This document shows, piece after piece, positions 28,001 to 40,162 of a stretch of 63,531 bases of DNA (its first letter is position 1; each line of letters starts with the position of its first letter). The translations under genes were made by a program, and so were the position numbers. The notes below the pieces were generated by a model. The model worked only from the letters and a program-made list of their open reading frames with translations, did not search any database and was not told the origin of the DNA. The DNA comes from Guillardia theta CCMP2712 (Eukaryota > Protista > Cryptophyta): assembly GCF_000315625.1 (NCBI RefSeq), contig NW_005434621.1, positions 392,246 through 455,776 of the forward strand, in the 5' to 3' direction.

Positions 28001-28624
28001 ATCCAGATCTGGGTGAGGGGGCGATGCGGCAAGCTGATCCCCAACAAGCTCAAGGTCATCGCGTCCTCGACGGAGCAGATGCTGATGGAGATGAAGATGC
28101 TGATGGTGAAGGTGCAGCAGCTGTGGGACAACATCGACGATATCATGTCGGGGAAGGAGACCCCAGCTGACAAGGTGAAGGACATCAAGCCCACCCAGAG
28201 CTTCCTCTTCAGCCAGCTCAGCGGCAAGATCGAGCTGGAGGAGGTGCGGCAGATGGCCGTCAACTTCCTGCAGACCCTCTGGTCGTGGCACGAGCCGGTG
28301 AATCAGATGCTGGGCATCATGTCGGAAGACCTCCCCTCCAACCGCGTCGTCCGCCTCACCTCCGCCGAGTATCGCAGGCAAGCTGATCGCGTGCTGGAGC
28401 TTTTCAAGAGGCTGGTCGTGTCGACTCAATTCTTCGACCAGAACCTCCGAGAGATGCTCAAGGTACTCGACACTTCCTCCTGCTCCTTCCACCTGCCCTT
28501 CCCCCTGATCCTCCTGCTCTTCCTCCTGCAGTCCCCTGCCCCTGTTGCTCCTGCTCGTCTGACACCCCAGCAGGTACTCAACATCGTGATCGATGACATG
28601 AATACCGTAACTGAGGAATACTAG
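19059..28624 (+). CDS. Two-module (2x6TM) CNBD-family cation channel with ankyrin repeats (tandem plant Shaker/AKT-like architecture)
   Basis: Module I has 6TM (S4 LRLLPRALRLYRYFR, pore LSSIGYIPIVPNN), C-linker, CNBD and 9 ANK. The linker carries an extra CNBD. Module II has 6TM (pore TVSATGVIGDMFPKN), C-linker, CNBD and 9 ANK. The ORFs join in frame via short introns (e.g. 22250-22295, 23987-24033, ~24931-24979, ~25058-25105, ~25440-25490). Confidence 0.85.
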
Positions 28625-28841
28625 CGCTCTCCTTGTACTCTATGGTGTATCATGTATGAAAGCATGTTCTTGTCTCATCGCTCTGCTCGAGGCATGTAGA
28701 GGAACATCAAGGCAAACTCCCTCCATCGCTCGCACAGCTAGTGTTCTTGCAAGTCCAAGTGAAGCTTATCAGAGTTTCTCAGATTACAATTTAAGAGTCA
28801 TGAACTAGTCGAGCAGCTTGAGGACTTCTGACCTCTGGCCC

Positions 28842-30036
28842 TCACATGGGAGGAGGAGGAGGCGGTTGCTGCAAACAGGAATCAGCCGTCCAGGAGCAAG
28901 AGGAGGAGCATGAGTATGGGAGCAATGGGGATGAGTGGGAGGGGGGAGAAAGCGAGAAGGAGGATCAGTACCGGAGGAGCCGCTCCGGGAGGAAGTGGCG
29001 GGCCAGTCTCCCTCTTACCCCTGAAGTGGATCTGATTGGGATGTGAGTCAGGGCAGGCAGCAAGGACTCAGCTGGGGTCTACCTGCATGGTGAAGGTCTT
29101 GGTGTCAAAGTCCCAGTTGGTGAAGAATTTGCTGGGGGAGTTGTCAATCTCTTGGTTGGGAACCTGAGCGAGTCATGAGCAGGGCTGGAAGGAAGAGGAC
29201 TCATAACCTTGAACGCGATCGTCTCGTACGGGTCCGCCGCCACCAGGATGTACTGGTAGTTCTTGTCCGCCGGCTCCACTCGCTGCTCGTAGGCAGACAT
29301 GAAGCGGTGTCGCGGCTGCGGGAGTCTGAGCGATTCAGAGGAGGAGAGGAGGAGTCTGAACCTGCAGTCCCTGCTCGATCTCGGGGTAGTCAATGAGGAA
29401 CAGGAGGGATCGCTGTCCTGTTTCCGGATCCCGCTGCTTCGTCACTCTGCAGCCTTCACGTCAGCTCCTTCCACACCAACACACAACAACCAACCTGTAG
29501 CCGGGACGACCGATCTTCGCTGACTTCCTTTGCACCTTCTGCATGAAAGGGATCATGACTGGCGACACGACATCTGCTCAAACCATCTCCTTGGGTGCGG
29601 CTGGCTGAAACCCGAGCCCCTGCTCATAGGCGTCCTTGGCCAACCTTCTGGCGATGTTCTGCTGATGCCTCTTGCCTTGAGTGTGCGCCAGGTAGTTTCC
29701 TTGCAGGACGTCACCACACCAACACCGCACGGCCAGCAAGCACACCTTCATTCGTGTGGATCGTCAGGCAGAGCTTGCACTCGTAAGTTCCAAGGTGGTT
29801 CTTCATGAAGTAGGGATCCTATGGATTGGACACCTTCAGTTGTCGTTCAGTTAGCCTGCTCCCACTCACCCTGTTCAGGTCGATCGTCTCGAGCGCAAGC
29901 TTACGCAGGCGCTCTCGTCGCATCTGATTCTCCTGCGGACAAACTTGTCAGACCCTTCCCGCTGTCGCAAAGGACTTCAGACCTGACTCTCCGATGACTG
30001 ACGGCCGGACCCCGTCTTACCTCCCCTCCCCATCAT
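28842..30036 (-). CDS. SF3A2: Splicing factor 3A subunit 2 (SAP62/Prp11)
   Basis: MMGRGGKTGSG...RRERLRKLALETIDLNR, DPYFMKNHLGTYECKLCLTIHTNEG (U1C-type Zn finger), YLAHTQGKRHQQNIARR, PRHRFMSAYEQRVEPADKNYQYILVAADPYETIAFK, Pro-rich C-terminus. Confidence 0.95.
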
Positions 30037-31044
30037 ATCCGCATCTGTCACAACCACCTCAGTCTTCACATTATAGTTTGCAACGGAGGTCACCTGAGAA
30101 ACCCATCTTGGTCTGTCAATGGCCTATACGTAGCGTTAGGATGATTAAAGCAGAGCAGGAAAAGTTGAATCAAAAGTGATATCTCTCTATCGATTGGTTC
30201 ATACCCTGAAGATCTTTTCCCTCGAGATTTCAATGCACAATTCCTACATTTCCTTTTTCTCCTCGCTTGCTTATGCCTTGTTTCTTCTCTCCCCTTCCCT
30301 CAATTCTCCCTCCTCCCCATGTAACCCTCAATTCTTCTTGATCCAGAACGCTTCCCTCCATTTCTCTTCATAGCCTCCCCTTACTTCTGCCATTTTTGTC
30401 TTTCCTCTCCTCTCCCCTCCCCTACTTCCTCCCCTCCCTCTCTCTTCCTCTCCCTCCTTCTCCCCTCTCCCTCCCTCCCTCTCCCTCCCTCTCCCTCCCT
30501 CTCCCCTCCCTCCCTCTCCCCTTCCTCTTCATGGATTGCTGTTCTTCTCTCCCCTCCTCCTTCCCGCATGCTCCTCTCATCGCCGCTGCGCGGTCCCTCG
30601 AGCGAAACGGAAATAACCGATAGTGTATGAGGGCGATGATCCTTATCACCAATGGGCCGGACTCCGATGATCGGACCGGGCCGCCCGGCGGCCCGGCCGA
30701 GTGATGACGATAGTAGTACCGCCGCTGGTCAGCCTGGCCCCAGTGGTACTGGTAGGCTGGGACTCCGAGGCTCAGTGACATTCAGTGTCCCCGGGGGGGG
30801 GGGGGGGCGGTGACCAGTGATTTAAGCCTCCGCGAATAGAAACTTCTCTTTTATTGACTGAAAAAGAAAGGCAAACCGGAGCAAACAAGGGAGGACGAGA
30901 ATAAAGCCTACGGAACCCGCCTCAATAAAATACTACTCCCGAAACGAAGGACTTCCGACACAGGCTCGGACTTCACTGCTGAGCTTCACTGGGGATGATT
31001 AAAAGGGATGAGCGGGGACGAGGGCACAAATCGCACGTGCCGTC

Positions 31045-32423
31045 ATGGCGACAGGTGAAGGAGCAAGTGGTGGTGATGGTGATGAAGGGGAGGAGGAGGA
31101 GGATGAGGATGAGGAGGAGGAGGAGGAGGAGGAGGGGAGAGAAGCGGGGTACAGGGAGAGGGGGGCGGGGGGAAAGATGGAGGGGACAAGAGGCAGCAAG
31201 ACCGGGCAGGACCCGGCAGGAGAGAGGGGAATGTAGAACGAGGGCATGGAGTGTTGGAGAGGAGAGTTGGAGTGAGACAGGGGAAGGAAAGGATCAATCC
31301 AAACTGACGTGTAATCAGGACGCGAGCGGTCAAGAGTATTGGAGGGTTTCCGAGCCATCGGGGTGGTGACGCTTCCTCAGAGGTGAGTCAGAACAAGCAT
31401 TGAGGAGCTCTGAGAGGGGATGGCAGGGCTGTGATCAACAAGTTGGGCACGGAGAACTTTGTGACGACATGCGTGAAGAGAGGGTTTCAGGTGTTCGATT
31501 GCAACAGACTTCGTCTCCTCTTCGTTTCTTCACCCGCCACCCCGAGGAGCATCAAGGCTTTGGAGGTCTACAAGTAAGGGCATCAACAGCACACGTTAGT
31601 CGCTCTAACCTCCCCGCAGAGATCTCACGTTTGCTGCCTGCGGGCCTATTGTGCATGTGTTCAAGCGCGGAAAAGAGATCGCCCAGCTGAAGCGGCAGCA
31701 GGGGAACGTCAAGCTGCTCTTGGTCGTGGGGGAGATTCTCTTCACCTACAGCTCGGACGGGACGATCGCGAGCTTCGATGTCAACACGCACGAGGAGATC
31801 TCCTCCTACAGCCTCGTCGAGGACGGTCTTGTCGCCTCCACCACCCAAGCGACCTCTTGGATCCACCCTCACACGTACCTGAACAAGCTGCTCATCGGCT
31901 TCGATGACGGCAGTCTGCTGCTGGTGAATGTGAACAGCAAGAAGCTGGTCCATCAGTTCAAGAGCTTGGTGACCCTCCTCCCACCTCTGCTGCCTCCTCA
32001 CTCACTCTGACCGCCAGGAATCGACCGTGACGTGCTTGAGCCAGTCGCCCGCAGTGGATGTGGTTGGTGTCGGGCTAGCGGACGGGAGGATTCTGCTGAG
32101 GAACATCAAATTCGACGAGACGCTGATGGAGTTGGAGCAAGCAGACGGGTCGGTGAACGACCTCTCCTTCCGCACAGACTTCACCTCCATCCTCTCCTCC
32201 TGCAGCCCCTCCGGCGCCATCCACATCTGGAACCTCGAGAAGCAGCAGCTCGTCGCCAGCCTGCCTCAGGCGCATGATGGTGCCGTACAGACGTGCAGAT
32301 TCCTGAGCGGAGAGCCTCTTCTCCTCACTACAGGCGCAGACAACGCGCTGAAAGTGAGTTTGACCTCTCGCCCTCCTCGTCCTCGCCCTCGCCCTCCTCG
32401 CCCTCGTCCTCCTCGCTGTTGCT

Positions 32424-32462
<39 letters not shown>

Positions 32463-32788
32463 ATTGCTCTTGCCCTCGTCCTCCTTATCCTCGTCTCCCT
32501 CCTCTTTCCTCGTCTCCCTGCAACTTCTTGTCCTGCACTTCTTGCTCCCTCCCTGAAGCCTGCATCTCTGACTCCTCTATCCCCCTACCGTCCGATGCTT
32601 CAAGAAGCGCGTTCACATGCTTCAGGTGTGGATCTTTGACCAAGAGGACGGCTCTGCTCGCCTCCTCCGCTGCAGGAACGGACATTGCGAACCACCTTCG
32701 AGAGTGAGGTTCTACAGGTAATTTGCTGCTGCTGCTGCTGCTCCTCCTCCTCCTCCCCCCCCCCCCCCTGCTCCTCCTGCTGCTCCTG

Positions 32789-32824
<36 letters not shown>

Positions 32825-33439
32825 TTACCCTCTCGCTCCCTTCTCTATTCTTTGACGCCTCGTGTCGTCAGCCCTCACACCATCCTCTCCGCCGGCTACG
32901 ACCGGAGCTTCCGAGTCTTCTGCACCATCCAAGACCAGCAGAGCCGCGAACTGTCGCAGGTGGGAAGTAGCTGGAGCAGCACGGAGCTGACCTTGAGCTC
33001 AGGGCCACGTGGCCAAGAAGGCAAGGAAGCTGGACATCAAGGAGGAGAAGCTGAAGCTGCCGCCGGTCGTTGACTTCGCCTTCTCCTCCATGAGAGAGAA
33101 CGACTGGGCCAACATCATCACCTCCCACCACGACACCAACGCAGCCTACACTTGGAGGTCCCTCCCCCTCCTCCTGCTCTTCCTTCTGCTGCTGCTGCTG
33201 CTCCTCCTCCTCCTCTTTCTCCTGCTGCCCCTGCTGCCTCTGCCGCCTCTGCTGCTGCTGCCATCGCTGCCGCGTCTGCTTCCTCTGTTGCTGCTGCTCC
33301 GTCTTCCTATCCTCTTTCACTCTTCCCATTCTCATTTCTCCCGTTTTCTTCGGTCTCTCATGGTGCTGCCTCAGGTACAAAGCCAACGCTATCGGCGAGC
33401 ACGTGCTCAAGCCTCCCCCTATGGATAAGGTGTGTGCCA

Positions 33440-33477
<38 letters not shown>

Positions 33478-36400
33478 CCTCGTCCTCCTCGTCCTCCTGC
33501 CCTTTGCCTGGTGTTTGTCCTCTGCTTCACCTCCTTGCGATGTCTTCATCTGGTTTTGCTCGTCATGCGTCTTCTCACTCGATCGGTCAGAATGCGCTGG
33601 ATGCGGATGCTCGGGGAGAGCCCTTCCTGCCTCCTGATCCTCTCGCAGTGAGAGGTCGGGTTCCCGGCCAGGTGACTTAAGGAGGCAGAAAACGATGGCG
33701 CTGGTGCTGGTGCTGATGCGATGATTATGATGATGATGATTATGATGATGATGATAAACTAGAGGAGTGGACTATTCAAGTTGATGGATGCGATGCAGAT
33801 TGCTGAGGTGGAGGAGAAGCGAAGGAAACGAGGAGGACAAGCAAGTCACGAGACAACCCTGGCCAAGTCAGTCTGCATTTCCCCTTGTGGAAACTACGGT
33901 GAATCTGCTCCTTCCCCCCTCTCTTCTCTCCCCCCCCCCCTCTTCCTTCCTCCTCTTCCTCCCTCTTCAGCTCCTCCTCTTCTCTCCTCTCTCCACCTGG
34001 TCCACCTCCTCTACTGACGATTACAACAAGGAATCGTCGGCTACTCTTGCGGTCGCATCGACAAGTACAACATGCAGTCCGGCAAGCACAGAGGCACTTT
34101 CTGGTAACTCTCGCTCCTCCCTGCTCCTCCTCCCCTGCTCCTTCCTCCCTTCCCTTCCTCCCTCCTCCCGCCTTCACCTGTCTTGCATCATCTTTCTGCT
34201 ATTTCCATTTGCTCCTTCCGCTTCTCTTTCTGAAAGTCCTCGCAGGGCGTATCCTCCTCTCGGTCACTCCTCCTCCATCTTCGGTCTTGCCATGTCAGGT
34301 ACATACCTGCTGGTGCTGGTGCTGGTGGTGCTGGTGGTGCTGGTGCTGGTGCTGGTGCTGGTGGTGCTGGTGCTCCTCCTCCTGCTCCTCCTCCTTTTCC
34401 TGTCATAATCTTTGTTCTGTAGGTCTGGGAGATGAGCTTGTAAGCGGAAGTTTCGATGGGACCGTGAAGGTGAGGAGGGAGGAAGAGGAAGAGAATCAGA
34501 GGAGGAGGAGGAGGAGGAGAATCAGAGGAGGAGGAGGAGGAGGAGAATCAGAGGAGGAGGAGGAGGAGGAGAATCAGAGGAGGAGGAGGAGGAGGAGGAA
34601 AGGCTGAGGGGCTGAGTAGGTGTGGGACTTTGACAAAAGGAAGCTACTCCATACCTTCGACATCGGATCTCCAGTAAACCAGGTCACCCCCAACAAAATT
34701 GAAAATATCGCACATTTCCATCCTCCTATTCTCCTCTCCCCACCTCGTCTTCGTCCTCGTTCTTCTTCGTTACCTTCTTACATCTCCTTCTCACCCCCCG
34801 CCCCCTTCCCTCATCTCCTCTTCCCCTCCCTCCCTCCCTTCCTCTCCTTCTCTCGCTTCAGTCCTTTACTTTCTGCAGCTCTACATGAACACCGAGAACT
34901 CTCTGCTTGCTGTCACTTCGGACGACCTGCAGGTAGCAGCTAGGAGTAGGAGGGAGGAGGGGGAGTAGGAGGGAGGAGGAGGAGGGGGAGAAGAGGGAGG
35001 AGAGTGAAAGGAGGAGACAGTGAAGATTGACACGAGAATGTTCAGNNNNNNNNNNNNNNNNNNNNNNNNNNNNNNNNNNNNNNNNNNNNNNNNNNNNNNN
35101 NNNNNNNNNNNNNNNNNNNNNNNNNNNNNNNNNNNNNNNNNNNNNGTGTGGAGTTGGGGATGTATCACAGATCTCTGCATGAGCTCGGATGGTCGCTGGC
35201 TTATTTCAGCGTCTGCAGGTTAAACCCTCTCTTCCCCTCCCCTCCCCTCCCTTCTCTCCTCCTGTCTCTTTCCCTCCTCCTTCTCCTCCTCCTTCTCCTC
35301 TCCTGTTCTTCTCGCCTCTCATTGTTCTCCTTCACTAGATTGCACCATGAAGATCTTTGATATCCCAACCTCAAGACTCATCGACTGGGTTCGTTTTGAC
35401 AAGGCAGTCACCGGCGTCAGGTCTCCTCCCTCCCTCCCTCCACCCCCCCCTCTCTCTCCCTCTCCCTCTCCCTCTCTCTCTCCCTCTNNNNNNNNNNNNN
35501 NNNNNNNNNNNNNNNNNNNNNNNNNNNNNNNNNNNNNNNNNNNNNNNNNNNNNNNNNNNNNNNNNNNNNNNNNNNNNNNNNNNNNNNCTCCTCCTTCGCT
35601 TCTGCCAAACTTCTCCTTCTGTTTCCTCGTTTCCTCTACTGCTTCCCTGATACTCTTGTTGCAGCATGTCTCCCTCTGGCGATTTTGTCTGTACAACACA
35701 CTCAGGTACCGTCTCAAAGGAGGAGGACGAGGAGGAGAGGAGGAGAGGAGGAGAGGAGGAGAGGGCAGGAGAGGAGGAGAGGAGGAGCTGAGCTTTCTCC
35801 AGACTCGGTCGGTCTGTATCTCTGGGCTAATCGGACTCACTTCGCCAACGTCTTCCTCGGCGCTTCAAGCCCTTCACATGCTGTCGACTTGTCCCTCCCT
35901 CCTCCGCCGGCCCTCTTGCGGACATCGCGGTGAGCTCCTACTCCTTCTCTCCCTTCTCGTCCTCGTCCTCTTTCTCCTCTTCCTTCTCGTCCTCGTCCTC
36001 GTTCTCTGACGAGCTTGCAGGATGACACAGAGGAGGCAGCGGCAGGACCGGCCATGCTCCCCATCACTGAGCAGCTTCTTCCTGAGCTTATAACCTTCTC
36101 GACTGTTCCACGTCCTAGGTGAGAATGCTCCTCCTCTTTCCTTTGCCCCCCCCTCACCCGTTTTCCTCAAATACACACCTTTCTCTTCCTCCTCTCATCT
36201 TCTTCCTTCCTCATTCCTCCTCCTCCTCCTCCTCCTCCTCCTCCTCCTCCTCCTCTCCCTCATCATCTGATCTGATCTGATCTCCTCCTAGGTGGCAGAT
36301 TCTTGCCAACCTAGACACCATCAAGGCTCGTAACAAACCTCTAGAGCCTCCGCAAGCCCCCCAGCAGGTTCCCAGCTGCCGCTACTGTCGCAGGTGACGG

Positions 36401-37239
36401 TCTTGACAGGCTCCCTTCTTCCTTCCGACGCTTCCCGGGCTGGAGCCGAAGTTCGTTCCCAACGAGGAAGAGCGAGAGGAGGAGGAGAGCAAGAACTCGA
36501 AGATCATTCACCTCTCCGAGCTGCGACCCAGCACCAAGTTCATCAAGCTCCTAAGGCAAGCGCTGCATCTAGCTCCTGCTCCTCCTCCTCCCGCCCTGCT
36601 CTTCACCTTCCCTCCTCCTGCATTGCTACTCCTCATCTTCCTCTACCTCCTCCGCTTCCTCCTCCTGCTCTTCGACTTCATCCTCCTCCTCTTCCTCCGC
36701 TTTCCTGACTCCTGGTCGTTGATAGGAAGTGCCGTATCGCCCAGCACGCCTCCTTCTCGGACTGTGTGCGGCACCTCTCGGAGCTCTCGCCTGCTCAGGT
36801 GGATCTCGAGATCAGGTCCAGTCGCCCCCCAGCTGTTGTTGTCCCTCACAGCTGTCGTCAGGTCTCTAAGCCCCTCGCTGGATGAAGATGGCGAGCTTGC
36901 GCTCTTTCTCGACATGCTCATCGGTGAGTGAGGGAGGAGGAGGAGGAGGAGGAGGAGGAGGAGGAGGAGGAGGAGGAGGAGGAGGAGGAGGAGGAGGAGG
37001 AGGAGGAGGAGGAGGAGGAGGAGGAGGAGGAGGNNNNNNNNNNNNNNNNNNNNNNNNNNNNNNNNNNNNNNNNNNNNNNNNNNNNNNNNNNNNNNNNNNN
37101 NNNNNNNNNNNNNNNNNNNNNNNNNNNNNNNNNCTGCTCCTGCTCCTTTCTCGCTCCTCCTCTCCTCCTTCCCTTGACCCCTCTCCTTGGCCTCCACGCC
37201 TAAGATCCTGCTCCTGCTCCTCCTGCTCCTGCTCCTGCT

Positions 37240-37275
<36 letters not shown>

Positions 37276-37527
37276 CCTGCTCCTGCTCCTGCTCCTGCTC
37301 CTCCTGCCCCTGCTCCAACTCCTTGTACCGCCTCTGCTTCTTCTCTTTGACTTTCTCTAGGCTCGAGAGGCTGCGAGACCTCGAGCGGCGAATGTGGCTG
37401 AAGCTCAAGGTTGAGTCCTTCCCTCTTGTCCCGTCCTGCTCGTCCTCGCCCATTGCTACTCATCTTCTTGCAGGACAAACTGCAGAAAGTTCTCTGCCTC
37501 GTCGGCGCCTTCGCGCACATGCAGTGA
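31045..37527 (+). CDS. WDR36: WD40 repeat protein WDR36/UTP21 (SSU processome)
   Basis: SRVLEGFRAIGVV, IHPHTYLNKLLIG, SPAVDVVGVGLADGRILLRNIKFDETL, QDQQSRELSQGHV, and the Utp21 C-terminal motifs LITFSTVPRPRWQILANLDTIKARNKP...APFFLPTLPG. Many introns; spans 3 N gaps. Confidence 0.93.
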
Positions 37528-37738
37528 ACTCTTGTACTTGAATGTAAATATATTTCTCTCCCGCTTCTTCAGTTTATCTTTTGTCTTCTCCCTCCTCCCT
37601 CCTCCCTTCTCTTCCTACCCTACTCATATTCTCCTTCCGTCCCACATGTTCCAGGCAGGGCGGCAACTACACATGACAATCTGAGACTTTCTCCTTCTCT
37701 CCCTCTTGTTACATACAACTCGCAACCCTCTCCTCCTC

Positions 37739-39848
37739 TTACTCGTCCATGGGCTCCCCATCTAGAGGCTCTCCGTCCAACGGCTCTCCGTCCAATGGCT
37801 CTCCGTCCAACGGCTCCCCGTCCAACGGCTCCCCGTCCAACGGCTCTCCGTCCAATGGCTCTCCGTCCAATGGCTCTCCGTCCAACGGCTCTCCGTCCAA
37901 CGGCTCTCCGTCCAATGGCTCCCCGTCGATCGCCTTATCCGCTTCTACTTTGCTGAGGCTCTCGGCCGCGTTCTTAGCTGGACCCTTGGCGGAGGGGTTG
38001 CCGAGGAAGGTATCCTCCAGCTCCTGGATCATCTCGTTGGGGTAGATGCACCAGACCTCCCACACCCGCAGCACACGCGACACCTTCTCCTTCATCGCCT
38101 CTGCCGTCATCCTGCCAACGTCGGGTGACCTGAGCTTCTCTCCGAGAGCCTCGAAGATGTGCGGCATCGCCTTCTCGAAGCAGGTGCGGAACAAGGAAGC
38201 TTTCTTGACGGCGGCTGAGCTGTTGTGGAGGATGTCCGAGACGAGGAAGAGGCGAGCGATCTTGGTGGGAATCGGCGTCTTGAGGATGGTCAGCGACTGA
38301 GTGATGATGTCGACGATATCCTGAGCTGCCTCAGCTCGACGGATCGACCAGTACATGGCGTCTCCGATCTGCTCTCGCTCTGCCGACATGTTCCGAAGCA
38401 TCGACTGGAGCTCCTCCACCTCACTGTCTGTCAGAGCAGCCCCGCTGTTGCCATGGCCAGGAGACCTCGACCGGCTGCGAGATTTCTTCCTCTCCAGGGG
38501 AGCAGGAGCAGACTCAAGGTCCCCAGGAGGCGTCCACACCACTCCTCCGAGAAACATCTGGAAGGGCATCCGGCGCCACTCAGTCAGCGAGTCGCCTTGA
38601 GCGAGCGAGAAGACTTTCCACTTGTAGTAGACCCCGTTCCGAGAGTCCAAGTCCCACAAGAACTCAAAGAGCGGGTTTTCTCTCTCTCGGTTCAGGATCG
38701 CCTTCTCAAACTCGTGGCCCTCCCTCACCACGTACTCCGCCATCTTGTCGATCATCTGCCGCACTTCGTTCGACTTTGGGAATCTCACCGTAACCTCTCC
38801 CGTCCTCCTGAACATGACCGGCTCCTCCTTCTCGCCAGGCTTCATCGCGTAGCAGGGGACAGCTCCCTTTGACATTGCCTTCCCCCATCCTATCTTCATC
38901 TCCAGACCGAAGAACTCCTTCCCGTTCAGACTGTCTTTGGCTGCCTCTGCACTCTTTCTGTCCATCATGTTCACAAAGCCACAGTTTCGCTGTCTCGATT
39001 TCTCCTCGTCCGTCCGAGGCCACATGATCTTGACAGACGCAATGGGCCCGTACTTCCCAAACTCCTTCATCAGCATCTCCTCAGAGATCTGAAGCGCTGT
39101 CAGCCCAGCATCGCTCGGTCACAAGTACCTGAGGATGAAGGTTGCCAACGTATAGGTTCGTTGTGTTTTCATCTCCATCATCAAACGAACCCTGCGGCAT
39201 GTCCTTGTCCCGGAAGTGCGAGGCGATCAGTTCCTCAGTCTTCTGCGCCTGCGAACTATCACTCCTCCTCCTCCTCCTCCTCCTCCTCCTCCTCCTCCTC
39301 CTCTTGCACCTTTGATGCCGGAGTGGTTCCTCGCAGTTCCTTCATCAGCTCTTCGATTCCTCGCTTCTTGTTCTGGGCCTTGTTGATTCCCTGCCTACTG
39401 GTGAGCTGCCTAACACATTGAGGTACAGGAGTTTCACTTTGATCTCCGTCGGTGACTTCTTGGAGTCGAAAGTCTGCTTCTCCTCGCGATAGGTCTCATG
39501 CTTTGGCACCATGCTGTAAACCTCTCCCGGTCTGACTTGCATGCCCGCATTCCCACCCAGCGGGTTCGACCCTTTCTGAACCACCTCACCTCTAACGAAG
39601 CCCTTGGGCTTTGCCGCTCCATCAGTCTCGAAAGAGGCGACGAAATCTTCGAAGACCTTGGCGGCTTCCTCTTCTTCCTGCCTCTTCCTTGCCTCTTGCT
39701 CTTCCTTGTGCTTTTGGAAACGGGACTTGGTTTGATTGCCGATTTGGAATCCCTTTATTTTGTCTTGGGTGATGGAATCTTTGGATCCTTTGGCGAGCTT
39801 TGAGCTATCCAGCCCCCACGGCAGCTCTGGTTTCTCATCATCCTTCAT
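37739..39848 (-). CDS. U2SURP: U2 snRNP-associated SURP motif protein (SR140: RRM, SURP, CID)
   Basis: TTNLYVGNLHP, FGKYGPIASVKIMWPRTDEEKSRQRNCGFV (RRM); IDKMAEYVVREGHEFEKAILNRERENPLFEFL (SURP); KIARLFLVSDILHNS (CID). Confidence 0.95.
37749..37928 (-). repeat. 12 x 15-bp coding tandem repeat (DGEPL)
   Basis: GGCTC(T/C)CCGTCCAA(C/T) units with third-position variation. Confidence 0.95.
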
Positions 39849-40162
39849 GACCTGAACCATATTGTCACATGCGAACATTCGAGGTAGATTTTTGTTCAGA
39901 CAACAAGTCTTGTTACTCACTATCATTCACGCTCGCACAGCTACTTCTTCTACAGAGACAATCCTGCATCAGATGCTTCCTCCTTGAACACAACTCTCCT
40001 TCCCTTCTCTCCCCTCCACTTCCTCCTCCCTTCCTCTTCCTCCCGCTCCCGCTCCCTCTCCCTGTCTTCCCTCTTCCCTGCATGTTCCAAACGTTATGGA
40101 CCGTTATAATTCCTGATGGTTACAGACCGTTACAGACCGGTACTGCGTTTGGGTTGGCGGGA

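Noticed and set aside
26543-28492. 649-aa minus-strand ORF
   Set aside because: Antisense shadow of the high-GC3 channel exon; no domain signature.
37749-37928. Regular short repeats resembling a CRISPR array
   Set aside because: No unique spacers; it is a coding 15-bp tandem repeat in a eukaryotic gene.
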